A DNA stretch of 64,000 nt, taken from contig JBFWNU010000004.1 in NCBI GenBank assembly GCA_050250895.1, positions 654,934-718,933 of the forward strand, given 5' to 3'. Positions within the stretch are counted from its first letter, which is position 1; each line of letters begins with the position of its first letter. Shown one piece after another: positions 55,172-63,890 of the stretch. A program made the translations under genes and the position numbers. Under the pieces are notes generated by a model. It saw only the letters and a list, made by a program, of their open reading frames with translations, did not search any database and was not told the origin of the DNA. Origin of the DNA: Vulcanimicrobiota bacterium. GTDB lineage: Bacteria > Vulcanimicrobiota > Xenobia > Xenobiales > JADMJV01.

Positions 55172-55210
55172 GAGATCCAGTTTAGGGGTCGCGACTGAAA
55201 AGTATCTGAA
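55172..55210 (-). promoter_or_regulatory. direct-repeat promoter (best match to the regulon motif)
   Basis: TTCAG-N6-TTCAG-N10-TAAACT-N7-ATG. Confidence 0.75.
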
Positions 55211-56327
55211 CGGCCGAGGCCAGCCGTTGATAGTCGTCGAGAGTGTTGTAGGCAAAGGCTGAAAGGCGCAAGATGCCGGTGGGCCCGAAGGGACTGGCGT
55301 AGCTATCGAGGGCGAACTCGTCGTAGAGATGGCGATAGAGATCTCGATAGGGTCGGGGCAGGGGGATGGCTGCCAGGGTTCCCAGCATGGAATCGGGAGC
55401 CGGGGCCGGCTGCCCGAAGACCTCGAGGAGGAGGTCGCGGCCGGCCAGCACCAGTTGATGGCAGTCACGGCGCAGGTTGGTCCAGCCGAACTCGCTCTCG
55501 AGCAGGGTCAGCGAACGAGGGGCGGCCAGCCAGGCGGTCGGGTCGAAGGTTCCGGGCCAATCAAAGTTCTCGAGAAAGGGAGAGCGTTGGCGAGGGGAGT
55601 TGAAACCGTGGCTGATCACCGGGGGGACCAGCCCGGGTTGACCTTCGGGATGGACCCAGAGCACCGCCGCTCCTTTGGGGGCACAACACCATTTGTGGAG
55701 GTTGCCGGTGTAATAGCTCACTCCGGCTTGACCGAGGGCCTCCAGGTCGAGTTCGAGCATGCCCGGCGCATGGGCCCCATCGACCAGCACGGCCACCTTG
55801 CGCGCGGCCAGTTCGCGAGCCAGCGCCTCGATGGGAAAGACCAGACCGGTGGGGCTGGTGACGTGGTCGAGCATGACCAGGCGGGTGCGCGGGGTGAGCG
55901 AGCCGAGCACCGCCTCGATGACCTGCTCGGGCCCCTTGCAGGGGAAGGGAATGCGAGCCACCGAGAGTTTGAGACGGTAGCGCTGGGCCAGGTAGCAGGC
56001 CACATTGTTGCAGGCGTTATAGCCGTGATTGGTGATGACCAATTCATCGTCGGGCCGCCAATCTAGCGAACGCAAGACGGCATTGACCCCGCTGGTGGCG
56101 TTGGTGACGAAGGCTAGATTGTGGGGTTGCGAGCCGAGAAAGTGGGCCACCTCGAGGCGAGCCGACTCGAGCAGCTCGGGCAACTGGCGCAGCATGAAAT
56201 CGGCCGGACTGGCTTCAAGCCGGCCACGCAGTTCGGCCTGATAGTCGAGAACGGCGGTGGGGCAGGCTCCGAAAGAACCATGATTGAGAAACGTCAGAGC
56301 GGGGTCGAGCGACCACAGTGAACCCAT
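55182..56327 (-). CDS. class V PLP aminotransferase (isopenicillin N epimerase/EgtE-like)
   Basis: FLNHGSFGACP, NATSG, DHVTSPTG, VDGAHAPG, GNLHKW. Confidence 0.9.
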   Translation of the reverse strand: MGSLWSLDPALTFLNHGSFGACPTAVLDYQAELRGRLEASPADFMLRQLPELLESARLEVAHFLGSQPHNLAFVTNATSGVNAVLRSLDWRPDDELVITNHGYNACNNVACYLAQRYRLKLSVARIPFPCKGPEQVIEAVLGSLTPRTRLVMLDHVTSPTGLVFPIEALARELAARKVAVLVDGAHAPGMLELDLEALGQAGVSYYTGNLHKWCCAPKGAAVLWVHPEGQPGLVPPVISHGFNSPRQRSPFLENFDWPGTFDPTAWLAAPRSLTLLESEFGWTNLRRDCHQLVLAGRDLLLEVFGQPAPAPDSMLGTLAAIPLPRPYRDLYRHLYDEFALDSYASPFGPTGILRLSAFAYNTLDDYQRLASAVQILFSRDP

Positions 56328-56418
56328 CGTGGTCCATTCTGGCGACCATCGACTTCCCCTCTCCAGCAAAACAGAAGGAGGATGAATTCACTCTGAGGAA
56401 ACCAGTGGATGGAGGTTG

Positions 56419-56796
56419 ATGATGAGAGAAACCGTGGGCTCGCTCAAAGCGTATTTCATTCTGGTCGGCGTTCTAGGCGGACTGGGTAGCCTGGTCAGGC
56501 TCGGGACTGCCGTCGAGGTCGGCAACCTCAACGGCGGCGGCATCCTCGTGTTTCTGATGGCAATGGCCGTCATCCAGGGGGTGCTCGCCCTGGGCTATCT
56601 CTACATGGGCTTCCAGCTCCCCACTCTGCTCAGCCAGAAACCCCACCTTCCCATGCGTATCGCAGGAGCGGCCATCATCCTGTCTGCCCTGACCTTCAAC
56701 ATCATCGGCGTGTTGCTCAACGTCTACATCTGGTATCAGCTCAAACGGCTCGCCACCGAGTCCGACGGCCAGGTCGAGCAGCAGGTGTTGCGATAG
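56419..56796 (+). CDS. small multi-TM membrane protein
   Basis: SD GGAGG; ETVGSLKAYFIL; about four hydrophobic segments. Confidence 0.75.
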   Translation: MMRETVGSLKAYFILVGVLGGLGSLVRLGTAVEVGNLNGGGILVFLMAMAVIQGVLALGYLYMGFQLPTLLSQKPHLPMRIAGAAIILSALTFNIIGVLLNVYIWYQLKRLATESDGQVEQQVLR

Positions 56797-57947
56797 AGCT
56801 TGAGGACCTTCTAGACGAGGCCCGGGGGGCGGGCCGAATCGACTCGTCGGGCAGTTTCACCGTCGACCTGCAGGCGGCGATTTCCAAGCTCCGCTCATAC
56901 CAGGTCGAGAACCCTTATCACTACGTCAACCGCCTGATTCGCACCGCCTATCTCGTCGGCAGCCCCTGCGTGGATGTGGCCAGCAAAGCCGCCCGCACCC
57001 GCGTTCACTTTCCTCTGGCCGCCATCGACCCGGCGCAGCTAGAACAACTGCTCGAGCAAATGTTCCAGGCTCAGAATCCCGCCGCCAAAGCTCTGGCCGA
57101 CGCCACCAATCTAGCCCTCGGGCTTGAGGATGAACGGGTGGAACTGAGCCTCGACAATGGCGAACGAGCTCGCTTGATGGTGGTCGACCACGGTCAGGTC
57201 GAGGTTTACGAGATCCGTCCCGAAGGTATGGGCACCACCTTCCAGTTGCGACGCTCGACGGGCTCCAAGCTAGCGACTCTGGCCACCAACTCGCCTGAGT
57301 ATATAGCCGTGGTGCGCCGCTTTCGCTATAGTCCGCTCGCGATCAGCATCAATGGTCAGAGTCCGCCTCGGGAAGTGGGTTGGGGGGCACCCCCCAAGAA
57401 AAACGGGCCCAAGTTTTTCGTGCGAGCCGGCTTCTTCAAGTCCCACCGCCTTTGCGTTGAGCATCATGCGGTCGAGGTGCGATACTACAGCGAAGACGAG
57501 GCCGGCAACGGGCTCGGACTACTGCCTTCTACGGCCACGGGGCTGGCCCGGCTCGGTCCTCAGTCGAGCGGCGAGCTCGATCGCTGTCAACTTGCCATTG
57601 GTCTGGCCATCGACCCGGCCCAACCTTCTACCATCGCCTGGGTCTATTGTGGCGAGACCCTTCAGACCTTTCCGGTGGAGCTGCCGGCTCCAGGACTGCA
57701 ACTATTGGTGTCGGCCAGCGATCTCAATCTGGATCTGACCGGAGAGAAGCTGGTGCAAGACGAGACCTTTCGAGACCGATGGGACTTCGCCAAGACCAGG
57801 GCTCGCGAACTGGTCGAGGCTCTGCGACGAGCCTATCCCGATACACGCGAGCGCAACCTGGCCAGGCAAGCGTTTCTTGACGAACAAGTGCGTTGGCGCC
57901 CTTTCCTCGAGGCCGACTTCCAGAGTTTTTTAAGCGACTCCGGCTAG
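56793..57947 (+). CDS. degenerate GHKL/HSP90-like N-domain family protein (non-canonical start)
   Basis: The open frame extends 59 codons upstream of GTG 56970 (LEDLL...G.IDSSGSFTVD...KL..YQVENPYHY); RRFRYSPLAISING. Confidence 0.65.
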   Translation: MELEDLLDEARGAGRIDSSGSFTVDLQAAISKLRSYQVENPYHYVNRLIRTAYLVGSPCVDVASKAARTRVHFPLAAIDPAQLEQLLEQMFQAQNPAAKALADATNLALGLEDERVELSLDNGERARLMVVDHGQVEVYEIRPEGMGTTFQLRRSTGSKLATLATNSPEYIAVVRRFRYSPLAISINGQSPPREVGWGAPPKKNGPKFFVRAGFFKSHRLCVEHHAVEVRYYSEDEAGNGLGLLPSTATGLARLGPQSSGELDRCQLAIGLAIDPAQPSTIAWVYCGETLQTFPVELPAPGLQLLVSASDLNLDLTGEKLVQDETFRDRWDFAKTRARELVEALRRAYPDTRERNLARQAFLDEQVRWRPFLEADFQSFLSDSG

Positions 57948-57957
57948 TCTCTTCCCT
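57919..57957 (+). promoter_or_regulatory. direct-repeat promoter (candidate regulon motif)
   Basis: TCCAG-N6-TTAAG-N10-TAGTCT-N7-ATG. Confidence 0.7.
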
Positions 57958-60900
57958 ATGCAGGTAGGGAATCTCACTTCATCCATCGTCTCCGTACGCC
58001 GAGCCGCCGCTAACGCCAGCAGCGACGGCCTGGCGGCCTCTGAAGAAGCCGCCTTTTCGACCTTTCTCGAGTATGGGGAAGGTCTCGACAGCCTCTCGCG
58101 CCCCGAGTATGCTCGCAGCCTGGCCTGGCTTTCTCGGCAGCAGCTCGACGCCGGCAAGCCTTTTGCTACCTATCAGGGTCTGGTCGAAGGCAAGCTCGAG
58201 ACCGTCGAAGTCAAGTATCACGACCTCGTCGTGGGCAAGTTCGTGCCCGACTTGCTGGCCAAGCCCGAGAGTCTCGAGAAGATGCTCAAACCCGTGGCCA
58301 CCAGTCTGGCCAGACTCGACGCTGCCAGCGCCAAAGCTCTGGCCGGCGAGCACGCGACGAGCCTGGTGGAACGGGCCAACTATCTAGCCGGACTGTGTCA
58401 GCGCCTGCCTTCGGCCAGCGCCCAGGCTCTTTACCAGGCGGTAGCCGCCCAACCCGACTGGTCGCAGGCGACCGGGTTCGGGACCGCTCTCCTTGACGCT
58501 CGTCCCGATGCCCCCGGCACCGAATGGGCCAAAGCCTTCGCGCATCAGGCCGAATTGGCCAAATGGCCGGGCAATCTGCAAGCGGCCGCCCAGGCTCTCT
58601 ATCTGAAGACCTTCGCCGCCACCGGCCAGGCCGACAAGGCCAATCAAGAAATGGCCCGCTGGCAACCTGCCCTGACCAGCCTGGCCCGGCCCGAGTTGGC
58701 AACGAGCCTGGTAGGATTGGCCGGCTCGGGTCTGGAGCCGGCCCGGGTGACCGAGACCCTGCAAGCCCTTAGTCCCTCAGGGCAAGACGCTCGTGTGATC
58801 GACTTCGAGAGGCTCAACGCCGGCCTTCAAGACGGCACGGCCAGCTGGAGCTTATTGGAAAAGCTCGAAACTCGGCCCCGCAACTGGGTCAAGTCAGCGC
58901 CCGACGCCGTGGCTCTGGCCACTCAGCTTTGTCCCGACGCCCAGGAGCGCTGGCAACTGGCCGCCCGCATTCTCGAATCGAACTCGGCCAAATGGTTGGG
59001 CGAGCTCGTTGGCCAGCCCAGCCAGTTGTTCGAAGCTCAACAGCCCTGGGCCTATGCCCGCACGGCCGCCGGCCTCGGCTGGACCGAGAGTCCCAACGGC
59101 AACTATGCTCCCAACCTGAACACCAGTTTGACGACTCCAGCCATCGACCTGGCCGGACTCCAGTCGCCGCGGGTCGAGCTGCGCTACCAGTGCGCGACCG
59201 AGGCCGGCTCGGATCGATGCCACCTGGAAGTGGCCGGAGAAGATGGCCAGTGGAAGTCACTGGGCTCCATGACCGGCAAGGTCTCGAACGGCTTTCAAGA
59301 GACCGAACTGTCCGAGTTCAAAGACCAGAAGGTCCGTCTGCGCCTACGCTTTAGCAGCGACAGCTCGAATCAGGGCGACGGGTTTCTGCTCGAGCATATG
59401 GCGGTTTCGGGCCGAACCGAGCAGGGCCAGTCCGTTCCGTTCTGGTATTCGGCCGGGCCTCGCGAGACGGCCGATGTGCTCGACCGTTACGCCAGCCTGG
59501 GCGCCAGCCAGCGGACCGACTATCTGGCCGGCCTCAAAAGGCTGATGGAGAGCGTCGAACGGCCCGAAGCCGCTCTGGCTCTCAGTGGAGCCGTGACCGG
59601 CAACCCTGGTGACCCCGGCTATGTCGACGAGTGCGGGAGGCTGGGTCAACTGGCCCGGCTGACCGACCTTTCGCCCGCCATCGAGCTGTGGCCAGGCCTG
59701 CACGACCGCCCTTCGGCCGACCTGGCTCGCCTGGGCTCGCTGTGCCGGCGGGCCTGGAGCGACCAACCCTCGCGAGAGGCGGGTCTGCAACGCCTGGCCC
59801 TGGCCAATCTGACCAGCGGGCAACTCGAGCGCCTCGAGCGGCTGGCCGATTCTACCGACGCCTTGCTCGCTGGATGGACGGTGCCGGTGGGCAGCTGGGG
59901 CTGGGAGCGCGATCCTGACCACGGACTGGTGCTGGCCGACAGCCCCGGAGGCAACTACGGCAACAATCAGGACCTCGCGCTGGTCTCGCCCGAGTTGACC
60001 ATTCCGGCCGAACTGCCTCGCCTGTCCTTCGAACGAGCTTACGTGATTGAAAATGGCGGCGACAAGGTCCACCTGGAGTTCTGTCCCGTGGGCGGAGAAT
60101 GGAGTCCGCTTCGCACCTACACCGGCAAGTCCGACTGGCAGCAGGAGAGCTTGAACCTGGCCAGCCTGGCCGGACGCAAAGGACGCCTTCGTCTGCGCCT
60201 GACCACCGATTCCAGCAACGTTTATGACGGCATCAAGCTCGCGGGACTGCGCTTGACCGGGGCCCACGACGAGCGCCCCATCGAAATGCCCTCGGGCGGA
60301 GTCAGCCTGGGCGAAGTGCTTGATTCCGTGAGTCGCACCAAGCCCGAGGCCCGAGAAGAGCTGCTGGCCAAACTCGAATTGCTGACGCCGCTGGCCGGCG
60401 AAGTGGGCCTGGCCATGCGGGTGATGGAGAGCGGTGGTGACTCGGAAACAGTGGCCATGGCCCGCCGTTTCGGCAGCCAGACCGCCCTGGAACTGAGCCG
60501 AGAATTTCCGGGGTTGTCCGAGCGCTCGGCTCGGCTGGCCGAGCGTCTTCACCGCTGCCTGGGCGAGCGGCCCGAACCGACCTATTGGGGCGAGACCGCC
60601 CGTCAGCTCGACGCCCATCCCGAATGGCTCGAACCGCTCGAGGAGCTGGTCGGTCCCGAGCCGGCCGCGGCCAACCTTCACAGCGGTTGGGGATTGGAGC
60701 GCGCCCCTGAGCTGGGGCTCGTATGGAGCGACAGTCCCGGGCGCAACTACGCCGACAACACCGACAACAGCCTGGAGTTGGAGCCACTCTCGTTGTGGGG
60801 GAAAAGCCAGGGCAAGCTGTCGTTTGAACTCACCAGCGCTCTCGAGAAAGACGGCGACAAGCTGCTGGTCGAGGCGGCCACCCACGGGGGCGCCTGGAGC

Positions 60901-61749
60901 ACCCTCGAGAAGTTCACCGGCAACCAGCCCTGGCAACGACACACCGTCGACTTGTCTCCCTTTGACGGGCAGAAGTTTCGACTGCGCTTTCGCCTGGTCA
61001 GCGACAGCAGCAAGAACTTCGACGGAGTCAAGCTCAATCGCATTCGGGTCGAGGCCCAGGACAGCCGGGGCAATCCCGAGCGCCTTTTCAACTTCGAGCC
61101 CGGCTCGCCGCACATGGTCGACTTGTTGGACGCCCTGCGAGCTGACCGCGGCCTCAAGAACAGCGCCGCCCATCTCGAGGTGCTCAGAGGGATCAGCGCC
61201 GACCTGGGAGGCTTTAGCCAGGCCGTGAGCTTGTGGCCGGTGGTCGAGAAGAGTCTGGAACATCCCCAGGGCGAAGCCGCCTTGACGGCCGTGCAAAAGC
61301 TGGCCCAGCGAGCCGGTGTGGCCATGACCAGTCAGTTGGCCCCGGCCGTGCTCTCGCAGCCCCAGATTACTCCGGAGATGAGCGAGCGCCTGGGCAATCT
61401 CGGCGAAGCCGCCCAGGGGTTGGGGCTCGAATCCAGTTTACTGCAGTGGCTGGCCGGCCGCGTGTTGCTCGAGCCCGACACGGCCAAACTCAAAGGGTTG
61501 CTGAGCAACCTTGGTCACGACCAGGCCACCGAGATCCTCACCGCCTTGCAAGCCAAAGCCAGGGTCCTGGAGGGAAGGGTGACCCTGGCCGAGGCCCTGG
61601 GGCGGCTGGCCGTGCTGCGCCTGGCCTCGGAGAACAGCACCACCGCTCAACTGCTAGATTCCCTCTTCGCCGAACTTTCCCGCACCGACTTCGAGCGGGG
61701 CGAAGACTGGCTGCAGGTGGGCGATCAGGTGGTACCGGTGCGCGAGTGA
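57958..61749 (+). CDS. large protein with three immune-inhibitor-A/MAM-like beta-sandwich repeats and the shared C-terminal motif
   Basis: Three copies of (D/E)SP..NY..N...L......E...D...E....W..L...TG......L...RLR.R...DSS...DG; ends FERGEDWLQVGDQVVPVRE. Confidence 0.85.
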   Translation: MQVGNLTSSIVSVRRAAANASSDGLAASEEAAFSTFLEYGEGLDSLSRPEYARSLAWLSRQQLDAGKPFATYQGLVEGKLETVEVKYHDLVVGKFVPDLLAKPESLEKMLKPVATSLARLDAASAKALAGEHATSLVERANYLAGLCQRLPSASAQALYQAVAAQPDWSQATGFGTALLDARPDAPGTEWAKAFAHQAELAKWPGNLQAAAQALYLKTFAATGQADKANQEMARWQPALTSLARPELATSLVGLAGSGLEPARVTETLQALSPSGQDARVIDFERLNAGLQDGTASWSLLEKLETRPRNWVKSAPDAVALATQLCPDAQERWQLAARILESNSAKWLGELVGQPSQLFEAQQPWAYARTAAGLGWTESPNGNYAPNLNTSLTTPAIDLAGLQSPRVELRYQCATEAGSDRCHLEVAGEDGQWKSLGSMTGKVSNGFQETELSEFKDQKVRLRLRFSSDSSNQGDGFLLEHMAVSGRTEQGQSVPFWYSAGPRETADVLDRYASLGASQRTDYLAGLKRLMESVERPEAALALSGAVTGNPGDPGYVDECGRLGQLARLTDLSPAIELWPGLHDRPSADLARLGSLCRRAWSDQPSREAGLQRLALANLTSGQLERLERLADSTDALLAGWTVPVGSWGWERDPDHGLVLADSPGGNYGNNQDLALVSPELTIPAELPRLSFERAYVIENGGDKVHLEFCPVGGEWSPLRTYTGKSDWQQESLNLASLAGRKGRLRLRLTTDSSNVYDGIKLAGLRLTGAHDERPIEMPSGGVSLGEVLDSVSRTKPEAREELLAKLELLTPLAGEVGLAMRVMESGGDSETVAMARRFGSQTALELSREFPGLSERSARLAERLHRCLGERPEPTYWGETARQLDAHPEWLEPLEELVGPEPAAANLHSGWGLERAPELGLVWSDSPGRNYADNTDNSLELEPLSLWGKSQGKLSFELTSALEKDGDKLLVEAATHGGAWSTLEKFTGNQPWQRHTVDLSPFDGQKFRLRFRLVSDSSKNFDGVKLNRIRVEAQDSRGNPERLFNFEPGSPHMVDLLDALRADRGLKNSAAHLEVLRGISADLGGFSQAVSLWPVVEKSLEHPQGEAALTAVQKLAQRAGVAMTSQLAPAVLSQPQITPEMSERLGNLGEAAQGLGLESSLLQWLAGRVLLEPDTAKLKGLLSNLGHDQATEILTALQAKARVLEGRVTLAEALGRLAVLRLASENSTTAQLLDSLFAELSRTDFERGEDWLQVGDQVVPVRE

Positions 61750-62666
61750 CAGATGCAGTCGACCATCATTTGATAGCTCATCTGGCTGTAGCCACCGCTG
61801 GGTAGAACCAGCAGCGGCCAACCTCGCGCACGAACCGAGCGAATCACGAACAGATCGCGCTCGAGCACCCCCGCGCGGCTGACCTCTAAGCCGCCCAGCA
61901 TATCGTGTTCGTAGATGTCGGTGCCGGCGTTGTAGATGACCAGACCCGCTTGCGGGACCCGGTCGAGAAACGGCCCCAGCTGCTCTTTGAGGGTCTCGAG
62001 ATAGATCTCGTCCTGGCTGCCGGGGTCGAGGGGAAAATCGGCGTCGATGCGCTGGCTGGCCTGCTCGTCGCCGACCGGATACGTCTTGCCATTGTAGATG
62101 TCGAAGATATGCACCTCGGGATCGTCGCGAAAGACATAGCAGACGCCGTTGCCCTGATGCGCGTCGAGATCGATGTAGAGCACCGGTCCCGTGAGCAGGC
62201 CCTCGGCTCGCAGCTTGAGCACGCAATAGCCGATATCGTTGAAGAGGCAGAACCCCTCGCCCTGGGCCGGTTTGGCGTGGTGGTAGCCGCCCGAAAGGTT
62301 GAAGGCCAGCCCATGAGCCAGAGCCTCGCGCCCGGCCAGCAAGGTGCCGGCGCAGGCAATGCGCATGGGCCCCAGCACGATGCGGTTGAGGATAAAGCGA
62401 GGTAACAACGCTAGCAGAGGGATCTCGAGCACCCGAGCGATGTCCAGCGAGCGCCGCAAGCTGGCCAGGTAGTCAGGCTGGTGCACCAGTTCGAGTTCGG
62501 CATCACTCAACGGCTGCTCGGGCTGGCACACCGACCCGTCGAAATCGGCGCCCAGCCGCTCGCGCAAAAGCTCGAAGGCTCGTCGAGGCCGCTGAAAATC
62601 GAAGGGATGCAAGAATTGCAGGCCCCAAAACCCCATCGAGAAATTGGGGTGATAAATGATCCTCAA
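61725..62666 (-). CDS. histone deacetylase family protein
   Basis: GGYHHA, GEGFC..ND, IDLDAHQGNG, YNAGTD, GGY. Confidence 0.92.
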   Translation of the reverse strand: MRIIYHPNFSMGFWGLQFLHPFDFQRPRRAFELLRERLGADFDGSVCQPEQPLSDAELELVHQPDYLASLRRSLDIARVLEIPLLALLPRFILNRIVLGPMRIACAGTLLAGREALAHGLAFNLSGGYHHAKPAQGEGFCLFNDIGYCVLKLRAEGLLTGPVLYIDLDAHQGNGVCYVFRDDPEVHIFDIYNGKTYPVGDEQASQRIDADFPLDPGSQDEIYLETLKEQLGPFLDRVPQAGLVIYNAGTDIYEHDMLGGLEVSRAGVLERDLFVIRSVRARGWPLLVLPSGGYSQMSYQMMVDCICHSRTGTT

Positions 62667-63875
62667 TCAGCCCAGGGCCGGGCAGCAGGGGGCCGAGGTG
62701 ACCTCGAGCACCACCCGCAGATTGGCGTCCAAGAACTGGTAGTGTTTCCGGATGCCGACATCCCAGGATTGATGGGTCTCGTCGAGCAGCTTGGACTGCA
62801 GGCGGACCCGCAGCAAGGTCACCGGAGCACCATCGTGACAGAAAAAGTCGCGCACGGTGCGGCAGTCAGGAAAGGCCAGCGGCTGGTCGTCGCCCCCGGG
62901 CGAGCGCATCATCACCACCAGGGTCTCTTGCTCGAGTTCCCAGGCGTAGCCCCGCAAAGTAGCATTGATCGGAATATCGGTATAGCCGTCGCCCGGCACC
63001 GGGTCGGGAGCGACCTGAGGGATCGGCGGAGCCACCGCTTCGGTCGGGGCCGGCGGAGCCTCGGGTGCGGTGGGCAGGGGCGGAGGCGTTGGGGGAGCCG
63101 TCGGGATCGGGGGCGGCGGTGGTGGAGGTGGAGGTGGTGGCGGCGGGGCCGCCGCCCGGTCGATGGCCCCGAGGTTCAAGCGCGACTTCTGGTCGGCCTT
63201 GGCCACCGGCTCGGAAGGAGGCGGAGGCAGCGGCACATCGCGCCGATTGGCGCCATCGTCGCGCAACATGTTGGCGCTCTCGAGCAAGGAGCGCAGGTCG
63301 GCGTGGGCGGCTGACTCGAAGAACTGACCCATGACCGAGAGCTTATGCTCGAGGTCGGGGTTATCGGGCTTGAACATGAGACCGGCTCGATAGCGGGCCC
63401 GGTCACCCATCCCTCTGCACCAGCGAACCTCGGCCGGAGTGGTGATGGGGGCCAGGTCGTGGCGGTCGAATTCCATGGTAAGGGTGACCAGGGAGCCCAC
63501 GGCCACATTGGCATCCACCTCGATCTGCAGTCCGGTGGCACTGACATCGAGGGTCATGGCGCGAAAGCCGGGCAATTGGGGAGAACGCACCCGAATACTG
63601 AGTTCTTTGCGGGCTGCTCCGCGTAGCCGCTCGCCGGTGACCGTTTCGCCGACCGCCCCTTCTACCAGGCGGCTGACATAGACGTAGCCCTCATCAGCAT
63701 GGGGTCGCGAACTCTGGACCATCACGTCGAGCTTGGCCAGATTGTTTGACCCTGGCGGAATAGCCACCCGGACGGTGACCCTGCTGCCGTCTTTGAACTT
63801 CTTGGCAGAACGGAATACCAGTTGCCGCTCGCTGAGTTCTACCAGGTCTACTTTCGCCTTCAGAAAGTCGAGCAC
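62667..63875 (-). CDS. PilZ-domain protein with poly-proline linker
   Basis: RGAAR and DVSATG c-di-GMP motifs. Confidence 0.85.
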   Translation of the reverse strand: MLDFLKAKVDLVELSERQLVFRSAKKFKDGSRVTVRVAIPPGSNNLAKLDVMVQSSRPHADEGYVYVSRLVEGAVGETVTGERLRGAARKELSIRVRSPQLPGFRAMTLDVSATGLQIEVDANVAVGSLVTLTMEFDRHDLAPITTPAEVRWCRGMGDRARYRAGLMFKPDNPDLEHKLSVMGQFFESAAHADLRSLLESANMLRDDGANRRDVPLPPPPSEPVAKADQKSRLNLGAIDRAAAPPPPPPPPPPPPPIPTAPPTPPPLPTAPEAPPAPTEAVAPPIPQVAPDPVPGDGYTDIPINATLRGYAWELEQETLVVMMRSPGGDDQPLAFPDCRTVRDFFCHDGAPVTLLRVRLQSKLLDETHQSWDVGIRKHYQFLDANLRVVLEVTSAPCCPALG

Positions 63876-63890
63876 GTGATGATTCTCCCT

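Noticed and set aside
63108-63148. Simple-sequence repeat or phase-variation tract
   Set aside because: It encodes a poly-proline linker with mixed codons, not a slippage tract.
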